Shown here in pieces: positions 20,980 through 30,412 of a stretch of DNA of 64,000 nt. The stretch spans positions 2,560,001 through 2,624,000 of the forward strand of contig OZ242214.1 in the NCBI GenBank assembly GCA_965206595.1, read 5' to 3'. A model generated the notes under the pieces. The model ran no database searches. It was not told the DNA's origin and worked only from the letters and a program-made list of their open reading frames with translations. Within the stretch, counting starts at the first letter, position 1. Every line of letters starts with the position of its first letter. Position numbers and translations under genes: made by a program. Source of the DNA: Candidatus Latescibacterota bacterium. Lineage in GTDB: Bacteria > Latescibacterota > UBA2968 > UBA8231.

Positions 20980-22299
20980 TCAGCTTTCGGGACCGAAGCG
21001 CTCCCGCACCAACTCGAGGGCAGCCTCGCGGGAGCGGACCGCACCCTCGAGCTGGGCGTCCTCCACCGCGGTGAGGATCTCTTTGAAGCGGGGGCCCGGG
21101 GCAAACCCCATGGCGATGAGGTCGGCGCCGCTGATCAGGGGAGGCGGCTCGAGGTCCTCCCTGCCCTCCTGCTCGAGCCGCTCGCTGCAGAAATCGTGCA
21201 GGTCGAGCAGCCCGTGGCTGGCGAGGCAGTCGATGCGGTGCAGCTCGAGCAGCTCCGGGAAGTACTCCTCGCGCAGGAAGCGCTTGAGCTTGCTCGGCCG
21301 CATCTCCCTGACGTTGCGGAAGCGCATGTGGTGGGCGGTGAGCTCGCCGATCCGCTCGATGTCGGCGTTCGCCATCCGCAAGCGCCGGCATATCTCCCCG
21401 GCCATCCTGGCGCCGACCACCTCGTGCTTGTTGAAGCGGATGCGGTCGGCGACCGCATAGGTGGGCGGCTTGCCGACGTCGTGCAGGAGCACACTCCAAG
21501 CCAGGGTCCGGGGCGGGTCCCGCAGTTGCTCGAGCATCATGCGCACGTGGGTCCAGACGTCCCCTTCCGGGTGGAACTCCGGCGGCTGGGGGACCCCCTC
21601 CATTATTGCCACCTCCGGCAGGATCGCCCGCATCAGGCCGAGGTCCATGAGCAGTTGCGCCCCCGCGGCCGCGCCCCCCTCGGTCAGGATCATGGTCAGC
21701 TCGTCGCGGATCCGTTCGGCGCTGACCGCGGCAATCCGCTCCGCCCCGGCGCGGACCGCCGCCAGGGTCCCGGGTTCGATGGCGAAGTCGAGGCGGGCGG
21801 CGAAACGGACCGCCCTCAGCATGCGCAGGTAATCCTCCGAGAAGCGCTGGTCCGGGTCCCCGATGGCGCGGATCAGCCTCTTCTCGATATCGGCGCGGCC
21901 CCCGACGTAGTCGATGACGCGGCCGCTGGCGGCGTCGTAGAACATCCCGTTGATGGTGAAGTCCCGGCGCTGCGCGTCCGCCTCCGGGCCGGCGAACTCC
22001 ACCTCCAGAGGGCGGCGGCCGTCCTCGTAATCCCCGTCCTTGCGGAAACGGGCCACCTCGTAGCGGCCGTCCTCGAGTAGGACGGTGATGATGCCGAACC
22101 TGGCGCCGATGGCCAAGGTGCGGTCGAAGAGGCCCCTCACCGCGTCCGGACCGGCGTTGGTGGCGACGTCCCAGTCCTTGGGCTCGCCGCCCATCAGGAG
22201 GTCGCGCACGCAGCCGCCGTTCAGGTAGGCCTGGTACCCGCGGTCGTTCAGGGTGCTCAGGATCCGCAGCGCCCCCGGTTTTACGTCGTCGTTGTTCAC
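20980..22299 (-). CDS. CCA tRNA nucleotidyltransferase / poly(A) polymerase family with HD domain
   Basis: GGCVRD, KDWDVAT, RRDFTING, EDYLRMLRAVRF, HPEGDVWTH, LLHDVGKP; start approximate. Confidence 0.9.
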   Translation of the reverse strand: MNNDDVKPGALRILSTLNDRGYQAYLNGGCVRDLLMGGEPKDWDVATNAGPDAVRGLFDRTLAIGARFGIITVLLEDGRYEVARFRKDGDYEDGRRPLEVEFAGPEADAQRRDFTINGMFYDAASGRVIDYVGGRADIEKRLIRAIGDPDQRFSEDYLRMLRAVRFAARLDFAIEPGTLAAVRAGAERIAAVSAERIRDELTMILTEGGAAAGAQLLMDLGLMRAILPEVAIMEGVPQPPEFHPEGDVWTHVRMMLEQLRDPPRTLAWSVLLHDVGKPPTYAVADRIRFNKHEVVGARMAGEICRRLRMANADIERIGELTAHHMRFRNVREMRPSKLKRFLREEYFPELLELHRIDCLASHGLLDLHDFCSERLEQEGREDLEPPPLISGADLIAMGFAPGPRFKEILTAVEDAQLEGAVRSREAALELVRERFGPES

Positions 22300-22319
22300 G
22301 ATGGCAAAGGTATTGCCTG

Positions 22320-22398
22320 TAGTGCGTGCGCGCGCAATTCCGCGGGAATTCGGTCGCCGCCCTCGTTCGTACCCTGGCTTACGAGCGCAGGCATCGGG
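22320..22398. repeat. dispersed intergenic repeat, MITE-like, copy 1
   Basis: First 40 nt match 47325-47364 at 35/40 positions; imperfect terminal inverted repeat; ends in GCATCGGG as copy 2 does. Confidence 0.55.
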
Positions 22399-22403
22399 CC
22401 GCA

Positions 22404-22433
22404 TTGACACGTCGCCGCAAGCCCGTTTACCGT
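22404..22433 (+). promoter_or_regulatory. putative sigma70 promoter for the IMP cyclohydrolase gene
   Basis: TTGACA-18 nt-TACCGT. Confidence 0.45.
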
Positions 22434-22470
22434 AGCGCCGGACCGTTCACCGAATGGAATGGAGACGATA

Positions 22471-23064
22471 ATGACCAGGGTGCGGCGCGCCCTCGTCAGC
22501 ACCGCGGACCGAACCGGGGTCGCGGAGCTGGCGCAGGGACTGGTAGAGCTCGGAGTGGAGATTCTCTCGACCGGTGGAACCGGGGCGGCCCTGAGGGAAA
22601 CCGGAATTCCGGTGACCGAGGTGGCCGAGGTAACCGGCTTTCCCGAGATCCTCGACGGCCGCATCAAGACCCTGCACCCGCGCATCCACGCCGGACTGCT
22701 GGCCCTGCGCGGCAACGACCAGCACGTGGCGACCTTGCGCGAGCACGGCATCGAGCCGATCGACCTGGTCTGCGTCAACCTCTACCCGTTCGAACGGACG
22801 ATCGGCCGCCCCGGCTGCACCCTTGCCGAGGCGATCGAGCAGATCGACATCGGCGGCCCCTGCATGCTGCGTTCCGCGGCCAAGAACTGCGAATCGGTCT
22901 ACGTGCTGAGCTCCCCGGACCAGTACGGGGAGGCCCTGGAAAAGCTGCGGGACTCCGGCGGCGTCATCGACCCGGAGTACGGACGCCGGCTGGCGCTGGA
23001 GGCATACCGGCGCACCGCCCGCTACGACCGCGCCATCGCCTCCTACCTTGCGGAGCAGGTTTGA
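22471..23064 (+). CDS. IMP cyclohydrolase (stand-alone PurH N-terminal MGS-like domain)
   Basis: RRALVS, STGGT, TGFPEILDGRIKTLHPRIH, NLYPF, IEQIDIGGP, TARYDRAI, then stop; no AICAR transformylase domain. Confidence 0.88.
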   Translation: MTRVRRALVSTADRTGVAELAQGLVELGVEILSTGGTGAALRETGIPVTEVAEVTGFPEILDGRIKTLHPRIHAGLLALRGNDQHVATLREHGIEPIDLVCVNLYPFERTIGRPGCTLAEAIEQIDIGGPCMLRSAAKNCESVYVLSSPDQYGEALEKLRDSGGVIDPEYGRRLALEAYRRTARYDRAIASYLAEQV

Positions 23065-23094
23065 GCGGATGCCGCGGCGGGCGGTCCCTGCCGC

Positions 23095-23403
23095 TCAGAC
23101 CCGGCTGCCCGACCAGCGCCCCTTCCAGTACTCGCCGAGATCGACTTCCCCTTGGATGCGGTCCCCGCTCGCTTTGCCGGTGAAGCGGTAGGTTGCGCCG
23201 ACCCCCTGGTACTGGATGTCGACGCTCATGTCGATATCCTCTCCAACCACCCTGCCCCCGACTTCGTACTCCCCGTACTGGGAGCGATACCTGCCCGATA
23301 TCGCCGATCCGGCCTGGCTCAGGTGGGCGCCGTGACGGGCCCTGGCGCCGATGAAGTCCACGTCGATCTCCCACTCGCCGCTGAAGATGGCCATTGGATC
23401 CAC
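23095..23403 (-). CDS. small beta-rich hypothetical protein
   Basis: Good RBS (AAAGGGAGG); GEWEIDVDF...YRFTG...GEVDLGEYW..W. Confidence 0.7.
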   Translation of the reverse strand: MDPMAIFSGEWEIDVDFIGARARHGAHLSQAGSAISGRYRSQYGEYEVGGRVVGEDIDMSVDIQYQGVGATYRFTGKASGDRIQGEVDLGEYWKGRWSGSRV

Positions 23404-23760
23404 CCCTCCCTTTCATATCTGCCAGGTCAGGGACCCGCTCCGCACGCCTGCGACGACCAAGGATTCAAAGGTTATTCCAGCATCGTGCTGTTTTGAAGCA
23501 GATGCCGAAAGGCACCCTGCCAATCTTCTCGTCTGGACTGGGCCAACTACCCCGTAGCGGAACAGGACGCTCCTGGCCGGTCTGCTGGCGATCCTGCCAC
23601 GGTTCGATATTTTGATAGAAACAATCTCGGTACAAGGCTGCGGGGAACCACCACAAAAAAAATGAGAAAACCATCCAAGCGTTCGGGACTTCCCCCCAGG
23701 CAATCGGAAAACACCAAAAGGCGGCTGTTGAAAGCCCCCTCAAGCGCCTTGATTTCAAAG

Positions 23761-24174
23761 ATGTCGAATTCGGTCACTTACAAGGGCAGTTCCAAGCACA
23801 AGAGGTATCCACACCGGTACGGACTGCCTCAGTTTAGTGGTCAGAGAGGGGACGCTACCCTGTGCGACGATCATGCAAGCTTTGCACCCTCACAGATGTC
23901 CGGAATTCCGGCAATGATCCGTCGAGGACTGCGGGCCGGGCTGATTGGCCACGGGAACCGCATTATTTGGGCAGTGGCGGACGACGGATGGATTTTCGAG
24001 GGGCGCCTGACGAATGTTGCCACGAATGAATTTCATGGGTATCCGGTAAGACCTTCCGAGGCGATCGCCGAACTGGTTTACAAGAGGTTTTCCTCCTGGG
24101 CAAAAACCCGCGGCACTAGTCAGAACCAATTGGCCGCCAAGGCCTGCAGGGACAGGTACGGCTTCAAGCGATGA
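23761..24174 (+). CDS. hypothetical protein, possible nuclease-type toxin
   Basis: AT-richer ORF with YKGSSKHK...LCD...IWAV..DGWIFEGR.TN...FHGYP; ATGA overlap with the next gene; alternative start 23662. Confidence 0.6.
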   Translation: MSNSVTYKGSSKHKRYPHRYGLPQFSGQRGDATLCDDHASFAPSQMSGIPAMIRRGLRAGLIGHGNRIIWAVADDGWIFEGRLTNVATNEFHGYPVRPSEAIAELVYKRFSSWAKTRGTSQNQLAAKACRDRYGFKR

Positions 24175-25451
24175 GTGAATTCAACATCGAAACGCGCAAA
24201 CCGGAATCCCACGAGGACCTGGATCTGCGATGCATCAAGATCAGTTCGGGCGACACCTCGTTCACGCGGCTGATTCGACAAGGTTGTAGCGAACCGGACG
24301 ACTATCTACGTGTTCCCCCCGCACAGCTGGCCTTTTGGCTCATCGACAACTGGTGGCGGCTCCGCTGGGAACCACCGTCAGGCTCCTTTGTGCCAGAGTG
24401 GCGACTGGCGCACGACCTGTCATCCATCGGAGGGGGATACATTTGGCCGCGGGTGGCAATATGGGGCGAGGGGCACAGGATAGGTATTACTTCGCATGAA
24501 GATCATTCGGATTCATTGCGATTTCTTACGAGCGGCTTGTTCTATGTAGCGGCTTCTGCCGTGGAAGACAGTATCGACCAGTTCATCAATTCGCTTCTCG
24601 AAGATTCAATCTCCGATCGCCAGGCACTGGGGACAGCGTACGCGGCCCTGTTACAGGAAAGGGACGACAAGGACATAGGTACCTGGCGGAAAGTGGAGGC
24701 CAAGCTGGGATTCGATGTGGATGAGGCACCGGAAACGCTCATTGAGCGCTTGGCGGTTTTGATTGAGCAGTACGGCGAAGAGGCTATTGAAGAAGCGGCC
24801 CTCGCCCATCAGGGAGGCGATTCGGCGACTGTGCTCCAAGAGGAGATGAAGGCCGCTCGCACCTCGAACATTCGGATGGAGCTGCCCAAGGACGTTCGGG
24901 AGATAAAACTTGGTCCGCATCGAGCTTTGATCCCACCGTGGCAACTAGCTGAGAAGGCCGCTACGGACTTGCGCAAGCAGCTTTCGATCCCGCCCGGCCC
25001 TATCCTCAACAGGCTCCTTGGCGAGGTTTTCGCTATCAACGTGCAGACTTTCCTGACCAGGCGGGGTCCCTCCCGGCTTAGATACGGCCTTCGCCTCAGA
25101 GATGGCGATGGCGAGGCCAGCTTGGTGGCTTTGGAGAAAAGACGGTCAGATGCGCGCAGGTTTGAACTATGTCGTATGCTCGGAGACGTGATCTGGTCGG
25201 GTAACGACAAGTTGGGGCCGGTTTCCACCGCAAAGTCGGCTCGCCAGAAGTTCCAGAGAGCCTTTGCGCAGAGCTTCCTGTGTCCCTTTGCCGACCTTGA
25301 GGAGTACCTGGAAAACGACCACCCGACAGATGAGGGCATACATGCCGCCGCGCACCATTTTCTTGTTTCCGAACTCATGGTGCAGTCGCTTTTGGTCAAC
25401 AAGGGCGTAATGGCGCGTCGTGAAGTGGAGGAACGGATTGACGCGGCCTGA
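24171..25451 (+). CDS. hypothetical protein with C-terminal ImmA/IrrE (DUF955)-like domain and degenerate HExxH
   Basis: N-terminal LAFWLIDNWWRLRWEP and HDLSSIGGGYIWP; C-terminal RRFELCRMLGD and RQKFQRAFAQSFLCP mimic RFTLAHELGH and E..AN.FA..LLMP. Confidence 0.65.
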   Translation: MSEFNIETRKPESHEDLDLRCIKISSGDTSFTRLIRQGCSEPDDYLRVPPAQLAFWLIDNWWRLRWEPPSGSFVPEWRLAHDLSSIGGGYIWPRVAIWGEGHRIGITSHEDHSDSLRFLTSGLFYVAASAVEDSIDQFINSLLEDSISDRQALGTAYAALLQERDDKDIGTWRKVEAKLGFDVDEAPETLIERLAVLIEQYGEEAIEEAALAHQGGDSATVLQEEMKAARTSNIRMELPKDVREIKLGPHRALIPPWQLAEKAATDLRKQLSIPPGPILNRLLGEVFAINVQTFLTRRGPSRLRYGLRLRDGDGEASLVALEKRRSDARRFELCRMLGDVIWSGNDKLGPVSTAKSARQKFQRAFAQSFLCPFADLEEYLENDHPTDEGIHAAAHHFLVSELMVQSLLVNKGVMARREVEERIDAA

Positions 25452-25694
25452 GATCGCCTCCATTGGCAAAGGGAATTTCAAGGCGGCCGGATATAGCAGA
25501 ATACTCGTTCGCATGCAGCATACCCTGATGCTGCCCTCCCCATCTCCTTCCGGACGCCGGTCTCGATCTGTCTCTGCGCATGAACTGGGCGGTTGGAAAT
25601 TGCCACGGGCAAGCTCCGATGTCAGGGCACCACCTCCGACCAATAGAAACCCTGTCCCCGCCCCGGCGGGACAGCACCGACCGAGCAGACGGAC

Positions 25695-26576
25695 ATGCCC
25701 CGAAGAATCAACCGACCCATAGAGCTTCTCGAGCAGGACCAGCCGGTCTATTACGTCGGAGGCCACACCGGGCACGTCCTCACCCGCGGGCAGGGCATCG
25801 CGGACGCCGGAACCTGGGCCGACTATATCAACGTCGGCATGGAGCACGGGGCCTTCGACATGACCGGTCTGGACGCCTACATGCAGGGACTGATCGAGGG
25901 CCCGACCAACAGCGGCCACCGCACCCCTGCGGTCATCGTCGAGGCCCCCGTCGAGGCCTCGGGGGAGCAGATTGTCCGCTTCAACGCCTGGCAGTTCCGG
26001 CAGATACTGGCGCGCGGAGTGCACGGCATCCTCCTCTGCCAGGCGGAAACGCCGGATGCGGTCAGGGCGTTCGTCGAGTCCTGCCGCTACCCTGTCGCCC
26101 GGATCGGCGAAGGCCGCGGGTTGGGCATCGGGACCCGGGGAGTGGGCGCCGAGCCCTCGGCGGCCCACGTGTGGGGCGTTGACGCTGAAGAGTACGTCCG
26201 CCGCGCCGACCCGTGGCCGCTCAATCCCGAGGGGGAGCTCCTGCTCGGCCTCAAGGTGGAGTCCGCCCGGGGCGTGCACACCATCGAGCAGATGCTCTCC
26301 GTTCCGGGGATCGGATTCGCCGAAATGGGCCCGGGCGACCTGCACATGTCCTACCGCATACCGCGTTTGCCCGGGCCCTACACCGACCCGCGGATCATCG
26401 AGGCTCGCGAAAGGGTCAAGGCGGCCTGCGACGCCAACGGCGTTTCCTTTCTGGAGGCGGCCACCCCCGAAACCGTCAGGAAGGCCATAGACGAAGGGGT
26501 CCGCATCATCGCCGGCCACGGGGAGGACACGGCCGAGGTGGGGAGGGGCTACACCAACCGCAGGATGCCGGTGTAG
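25695..26576 (+). CDS. HpcH/HpaI aldolase family protein
   Basis: MEHGAFD, LARGVHGI, CRYP, GTRG, KVES, GPGDL. Confidence 0.8.
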   Translation: MPRRINRPIELLEQDQPVYYVGGHTGHVLTRGQGIADAGTWADYINVGMEHGAFDMTGLDAYMQGLIEGPTNSGHRTPAVIVEAPVEASGEQIVRFNAWQFRQILARGVHGILLCQAETPDAVRAFVESCRYPVARIGEGRGLGIGTRGVGAEPSAAHVWGVDAEEYVRRADPWPLNPEGELLLGLKVESARGVHTIEQMLSVPGIGFAEMGPGDLHMSYRIPRLPGPYTDPRIIEARERVKAACDANGVSFLEAATPETVRKAIDEGVRIIAGHGEDTAEVGRGYTNRRMPV

Positions 26577-26793
26577 TCAGAGCAATCATCCAATGAGAAC
26601 AAGCATCCACTTGACAAAAAAAGGAGCGCACCCGGAATTACTGTGATGTGGGAAAGCCCATATCTTGGGTTCACAGGTATAAACCCAGTCCCGCGCTGTG
26701 GAGTAGATCGCGATCTAAAGATGCATGCATACTTACCCATTCAGGATTGGGTTAATCGGGCACAAGAAATTTTCGCAAAAAGAAAGGAACCAT

Positions 26794-28634
26794 ATGGAGA
26801 TTTCACCAGAAAAACAAAATATCGATCGTGTATTTTCAACGACGACATACCATATCGATTTTTATCAAAGAGACTACCGGTGGGGAGATGAGCCGGTAAA
26901 ACGGCTCCTCGACGATTTGTTCTACAAATTCAACGAGCAATACGAACGATCAAATGATCTCGACCCAAATCAGGAAAATATAGCGGGAAAATATCCTTGG
27001 TACTATTTGAACACGTATGTAACAAATACCATTGATGGAAGAGTCTACGTAGTAGATGGCCAACAACGCCTGACAACACTATCACTCATCCTGATCAAGT
27101 TACGGCATATGGCCGTCCTCATGGGTTCAAATCTCGAACGCTGGATTAGTTCTAAAATCGCCGGCCATTCTGGATACGAAACAATGTTTTGGATGAACCA
27201 TATTGACCATGCTGAGACACAAAGGGCCCTTTTCAAAAACGCCTCGATGAAGGAGATTCCAGATAAGACAGGAATAACCGCAGAAAACATGAAAGGGAAT
27301 TACGAGACAATCAGAGAATACCTTGATGATTCACTCCCAAATAAGCACAAATTTGAAACGTTCGTGTTTTATCTTCTTCATCGTGTCGTACTAATAAACC
27401 TGGCAGTTGAACAAACGGATGTGCCAATGGTATTTGAGGTTATAAATGATCGAGGAGTCCAGCTCAGACCCTATGAGATTTTGAAAGGAAAGCTTCTCGG
27501 CCAGATTGAAAAACGCGAATTGGACATGGAGGGATATCGTCATCTTTGGGAAAATAAGGCAGCAGAAATAAACTTTTATAACGAGCACCAATTCGACGAA
27601 TTCTTCAGGTTTTTTTAAGTGCAAAATTTGCAAAAGATCGGAGAGAAGGACAACTGTTTGATGGCAACTATCACCGAATGATGTTTACGGAGGAAATGGA
27701 CAAAAGACTCCATCTCGACCATAATCCAAGCGGGGTGAAAAATTTTCTGAAAAGCCAGTTTTCCTACTATAGCAGCTTATACGCAAAAGTGCTCAATGTT
27801 TATGAAACCCGAACTTCCGGATACGATTCTGTATACTATAACCATCTTCTCGATCTAGATGCTCCGTTTCTGTTGGTTCTTTCTGCCTGCGAACTCAATG
27901 ATCCTGAGGAAGATGGAAAAATTGTGGCAATCGCCAAGGAAATCGATCGTTACTTTGCATTACTGCAGCTTCAGAACGCGTACGATAGTAACGACTTTGC
28001 TGACTCTCTCTATTCAATCTCAGAATCAATTCGAAATGCAGGGCCAGAAAGTTACCGTGGGGCGTTTGATTTAAAACTAGTAGAAGCATTAGAAAACCAT
28101 CTAAATAGATCAAATGCGGAGCCACTAAGTTATTCGACCTTTAAGCAGACCGGAATAAACCTTAATTTGCGATTTAAACGTTACTTCTTTGCGAGAATTG
28201 ACGAATTCCTAGCCGAAAATATGAATCTTAGCCCCAAACATGACATTGCCGATCTCGTGACTCGGACCGGGTATAAAACAGGGTTTCATGTTGAACATAT
28301 ACTATCCTACAATTCCGAAAATCCTTCCCTTTTTCACAACGATGATGAGCTATTTGAACAGGAAAGAAACAGGCTGGGAGGAATCCTCCTTCTAAAGGGG
28401 AAGGACAATATTTCAAGTGGAAATGAATCTTACCAAGAAAAACTCCGCACCTATGCTAACACGTTGCACTGGAATGAGACTTTGCGAGAAGATAGTTATA
28501 AATCCAAACTCGACATGAGTAGTTTTCAAAGGAAATTCAATCTCGATTTGGGCCCACTTAATCGCTACGGACCCGAGGAACTAGAAACAAGACACCGTCT
28601 GCTCTTTGAAATGACCAAGATCATTTGGGCTTGA
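26794..28634 (+). pseudogene. DUF262/DUF1524 (GmrSD-like) modification-dependent restriction protein, frameshifted at a T7 tract
   Basis: YQRDYRW, VVDGQQRLTT, FEVINDRG in ORF1; HVEHI, NRLGGILLL, N in ORF2; one extra T at 27610-27616 fuses them; strongly AT-rich. Confidence 0.85.
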
Positions 28635-28716
28635 TTCGGTGCCTAAAAATAACTTTATTTAGTTAAAGTTTCAAAACCAGGTCATTGCTCTGGAAAATTC
28701 CTCTATACAATACCCT

Positions 28717-29820
28717 CTAACCGGCCCCTGACAACAGCTCCGCCAGCCGGCGGGCGACGATCTCGTCCTCGCCCTTTTCCATCACATGCGCGGCCACCGT
28801 TACTCCCCCGGCCGAGGCGCTCAGCTCTATGCGGGGATCCCCCGCGGACAGCTCCCGCTCGACCTCGGCCGGGGCGATGCCCACGGCCTCGGCGTCCCAG
28901 GTGATCTCGAGGATCGGGGCGACGTTGGAGCGGCCGGGCTGGCGGATGCTCGTCGCCACCGGGCCGATACCCTCGACCGCGGCCGCCACCGTCGCCAGGC
29001 GGCGCTCCCACTGCCTCCACTCCGCCTCGTGGTCGCGCGCCACCCACTGTTCGACCGCGGCCAGCAGCCCCATCACCTCTTCCTTGCCGGCCTTCATCGG
29101 CCGCCCGATCGAGTGGTGGGGGGCCCCGTTGAGGAAGGCGACCCGCAGCAGTTCCTTGCGCCCGAGCACCAGCCCGGAGGACTGCGGGCCGCGCAGACAC
29201 TTGCCGCCGCTGTAGGCCACGGCGTCGACGCCGTCGGTGAGGTACCTGTTGGGGACGTCGGGCCGCTCCGCGGCGGCGTCGACGAGCGAGGGGATGCCGC
29301 GGGCTCTTCCGCAGGCGGCCATCTCCGCCACGGAGATCTCGCCGCGGTCGGCGGCGTCTCCCATCATCAGCAGCAGGGCGGTGCGGTCCCCCACTGCCCG
29401 CTCGAGCTCCTCCCGGGTGCGCACCTCGATCATCCTCACCCCGACGGCGCGCACCGCGTGGTCGTACACGTGGCGATGGCTGGGCTGCACGATCACCTCG
29501 TTTTTCATGCCGGCGGTGTCGGGCAGGCGCTCGATCTTCTCCGGATCCCCGCCGGCCACCGCCGCGGCCGTCACCTGCGCGAGCGCCGCAGCGCATCCGT
29601 TGACCACCAGTCCCCACTCGCACTGCATCAGCCCGGCGATACGCCTGCCGACCGCTTCGGCCAGCTCGTCGAGGTGGACGTAGCTCCGGGAAGCGGCCGT
29701 CATGGCCGCGCGCACCTCCGGCAGCAGCAGCGAGCCGCTGATGATGGTGTAATAGCCGCGGCAGTTGATCAGGGGCCTGACGTCGATGGCGCCGTACGTG
29801 GGAAAGCGGAGATCGCTCAT
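28717..29820 (-). CDS. SelA-like / DgaE-like PLP-dependent enzyme
   Basis: PLINCRG..T..SGS, VDAAAE, YSGGKCLRGPQSSG, IGRPMKAGKEE. Confidence 0.8.
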   Translation of the reverse strand: MSDLRFPTYGAIDVRPLINCRGYYTIISGSLLLPEVRAAMTAASRSYVHLDELAEAVGRRIAGLMQCEWGLVVNGCAAALAQVTAAAVAGGDPEKIERLPDTAGMKNEVIVQPSHRHVYDHAVRAVGVRMIEVRTREELERAVGDRTALLLMMGDAADRGEISVAEMAACGRARGIPSLVDAAAERPDVPNRYLTDGVDAVAYSGGKCLRGPQSSGLVLGRKELLRVAFLNGAPHHSIGRPMKAGKEEVMGLLAAVEQWVARDHEAEWRQWERRLATVAAAVEGIGPVATSIRQPGRSNVAPILEITWDAEAVGIAPAEVERELSAGDPRIELSASAGGVTVAAHVMEKGEDEIVARRLAELLSGAG

Positions 29821-30395
29821 GCCGCTTCTTCGGCCGGTTCCATCTCCATGAAGTAGTAGCAGATCACGTGCATGAGCACGGTGTGGAGATCCTCGACGCG
29901 GCCCATGTGGTGGCTGTCGACGACGACGGCGAGATCGGCCGCTTCGGCCAGCCTTCCTCCCCCGAACCCGGTCCAGCCGATCGTCCGCATCCCCAGCTCC
30001 CGGGCGGCGGCCACGGCGTTTAGTACGTTGGCGCTGTTACCGGAGCCGGAAATCGCGATCAGCAGGTCGTCCGCTTCCCCGAGGTTGCGCAGCTGCTCGG
30101 CGAAGATCGAGTCGTAGTCGACGTCGTTGGCCAGCGCCGTCATCCAGGGGACGTTGTCGGTCAGGGCGGTGACCCGGAAGCGCTGCTGGCGCGGCCGGCC
30201 GAGGCTGGCCCCCTTGCCGAGGTCGTTGGCCATGTGACTCGCCGTGGCGGCGCTGCCGCCGTTGCCGCACAGGAAGATGCGGCTGCCCCGGTCGCGGGCT
30301 GCGGCGATCTCCAGGCGGCAGCTTTCAACGGCCTCGAGGTTCAGGCCCGCAAGCGCCCCCTGCAGCTCGCCGAGATAGTTGCGCAGATGGTCCAT
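29817..30395 (-). CDS. gmhA: SIS-domain phosphoheptose isomerase-like protein
   Basis: CGNGGSAA, ALAND, IFAEQ, ISGSGNS, TGFGGG, VEDLH. Confidence 0.75.
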   Translation of the reverse strand: MDHLRNYLGELQGALAGLNLEAVESCRLEIAAARDRGSRIFLCGNGGSAATASHMANDLGKGASLGRPRQQRFRVTALTDNVPWMTALANDVDYDSIFAEQLRNLGEADDLLIAISGSGNSANVLNAVAAARELGMRTIGWTGFGGGRLAEAADLAVVVDSHHMGRVEDLHTVLMHVICYYFMEMEPAEEAA

Positions 30396-30412
30396 GGTCC
30401 CCCCTCATCCCC

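Noticed and set aside
22330-22460. ZTP (pfl) riboswitch upstream of the purH fragment
   Set aside because: Conserved GACTGGCG and GCCTGGGC elements are absent
23420-23660. Possible transposase remnant at the edge of the AT-richer block
   Set aside because: Only vague similarity; no DDE motif or inverted repeats identified
25498-25511. AGAATACTCGTTCG, LexA-box-like
   Set aside because: Mismatch to GAAC-N4-GTTC, and it lies upstream of an aldolase rather than a repair gene
28717-29820. Calling this gene selA to pair with the Sec-FDH
   Set aside because: Shorter than canonical SelA, motifs fit the DgaE-like group, and there is no selB or selC nearby
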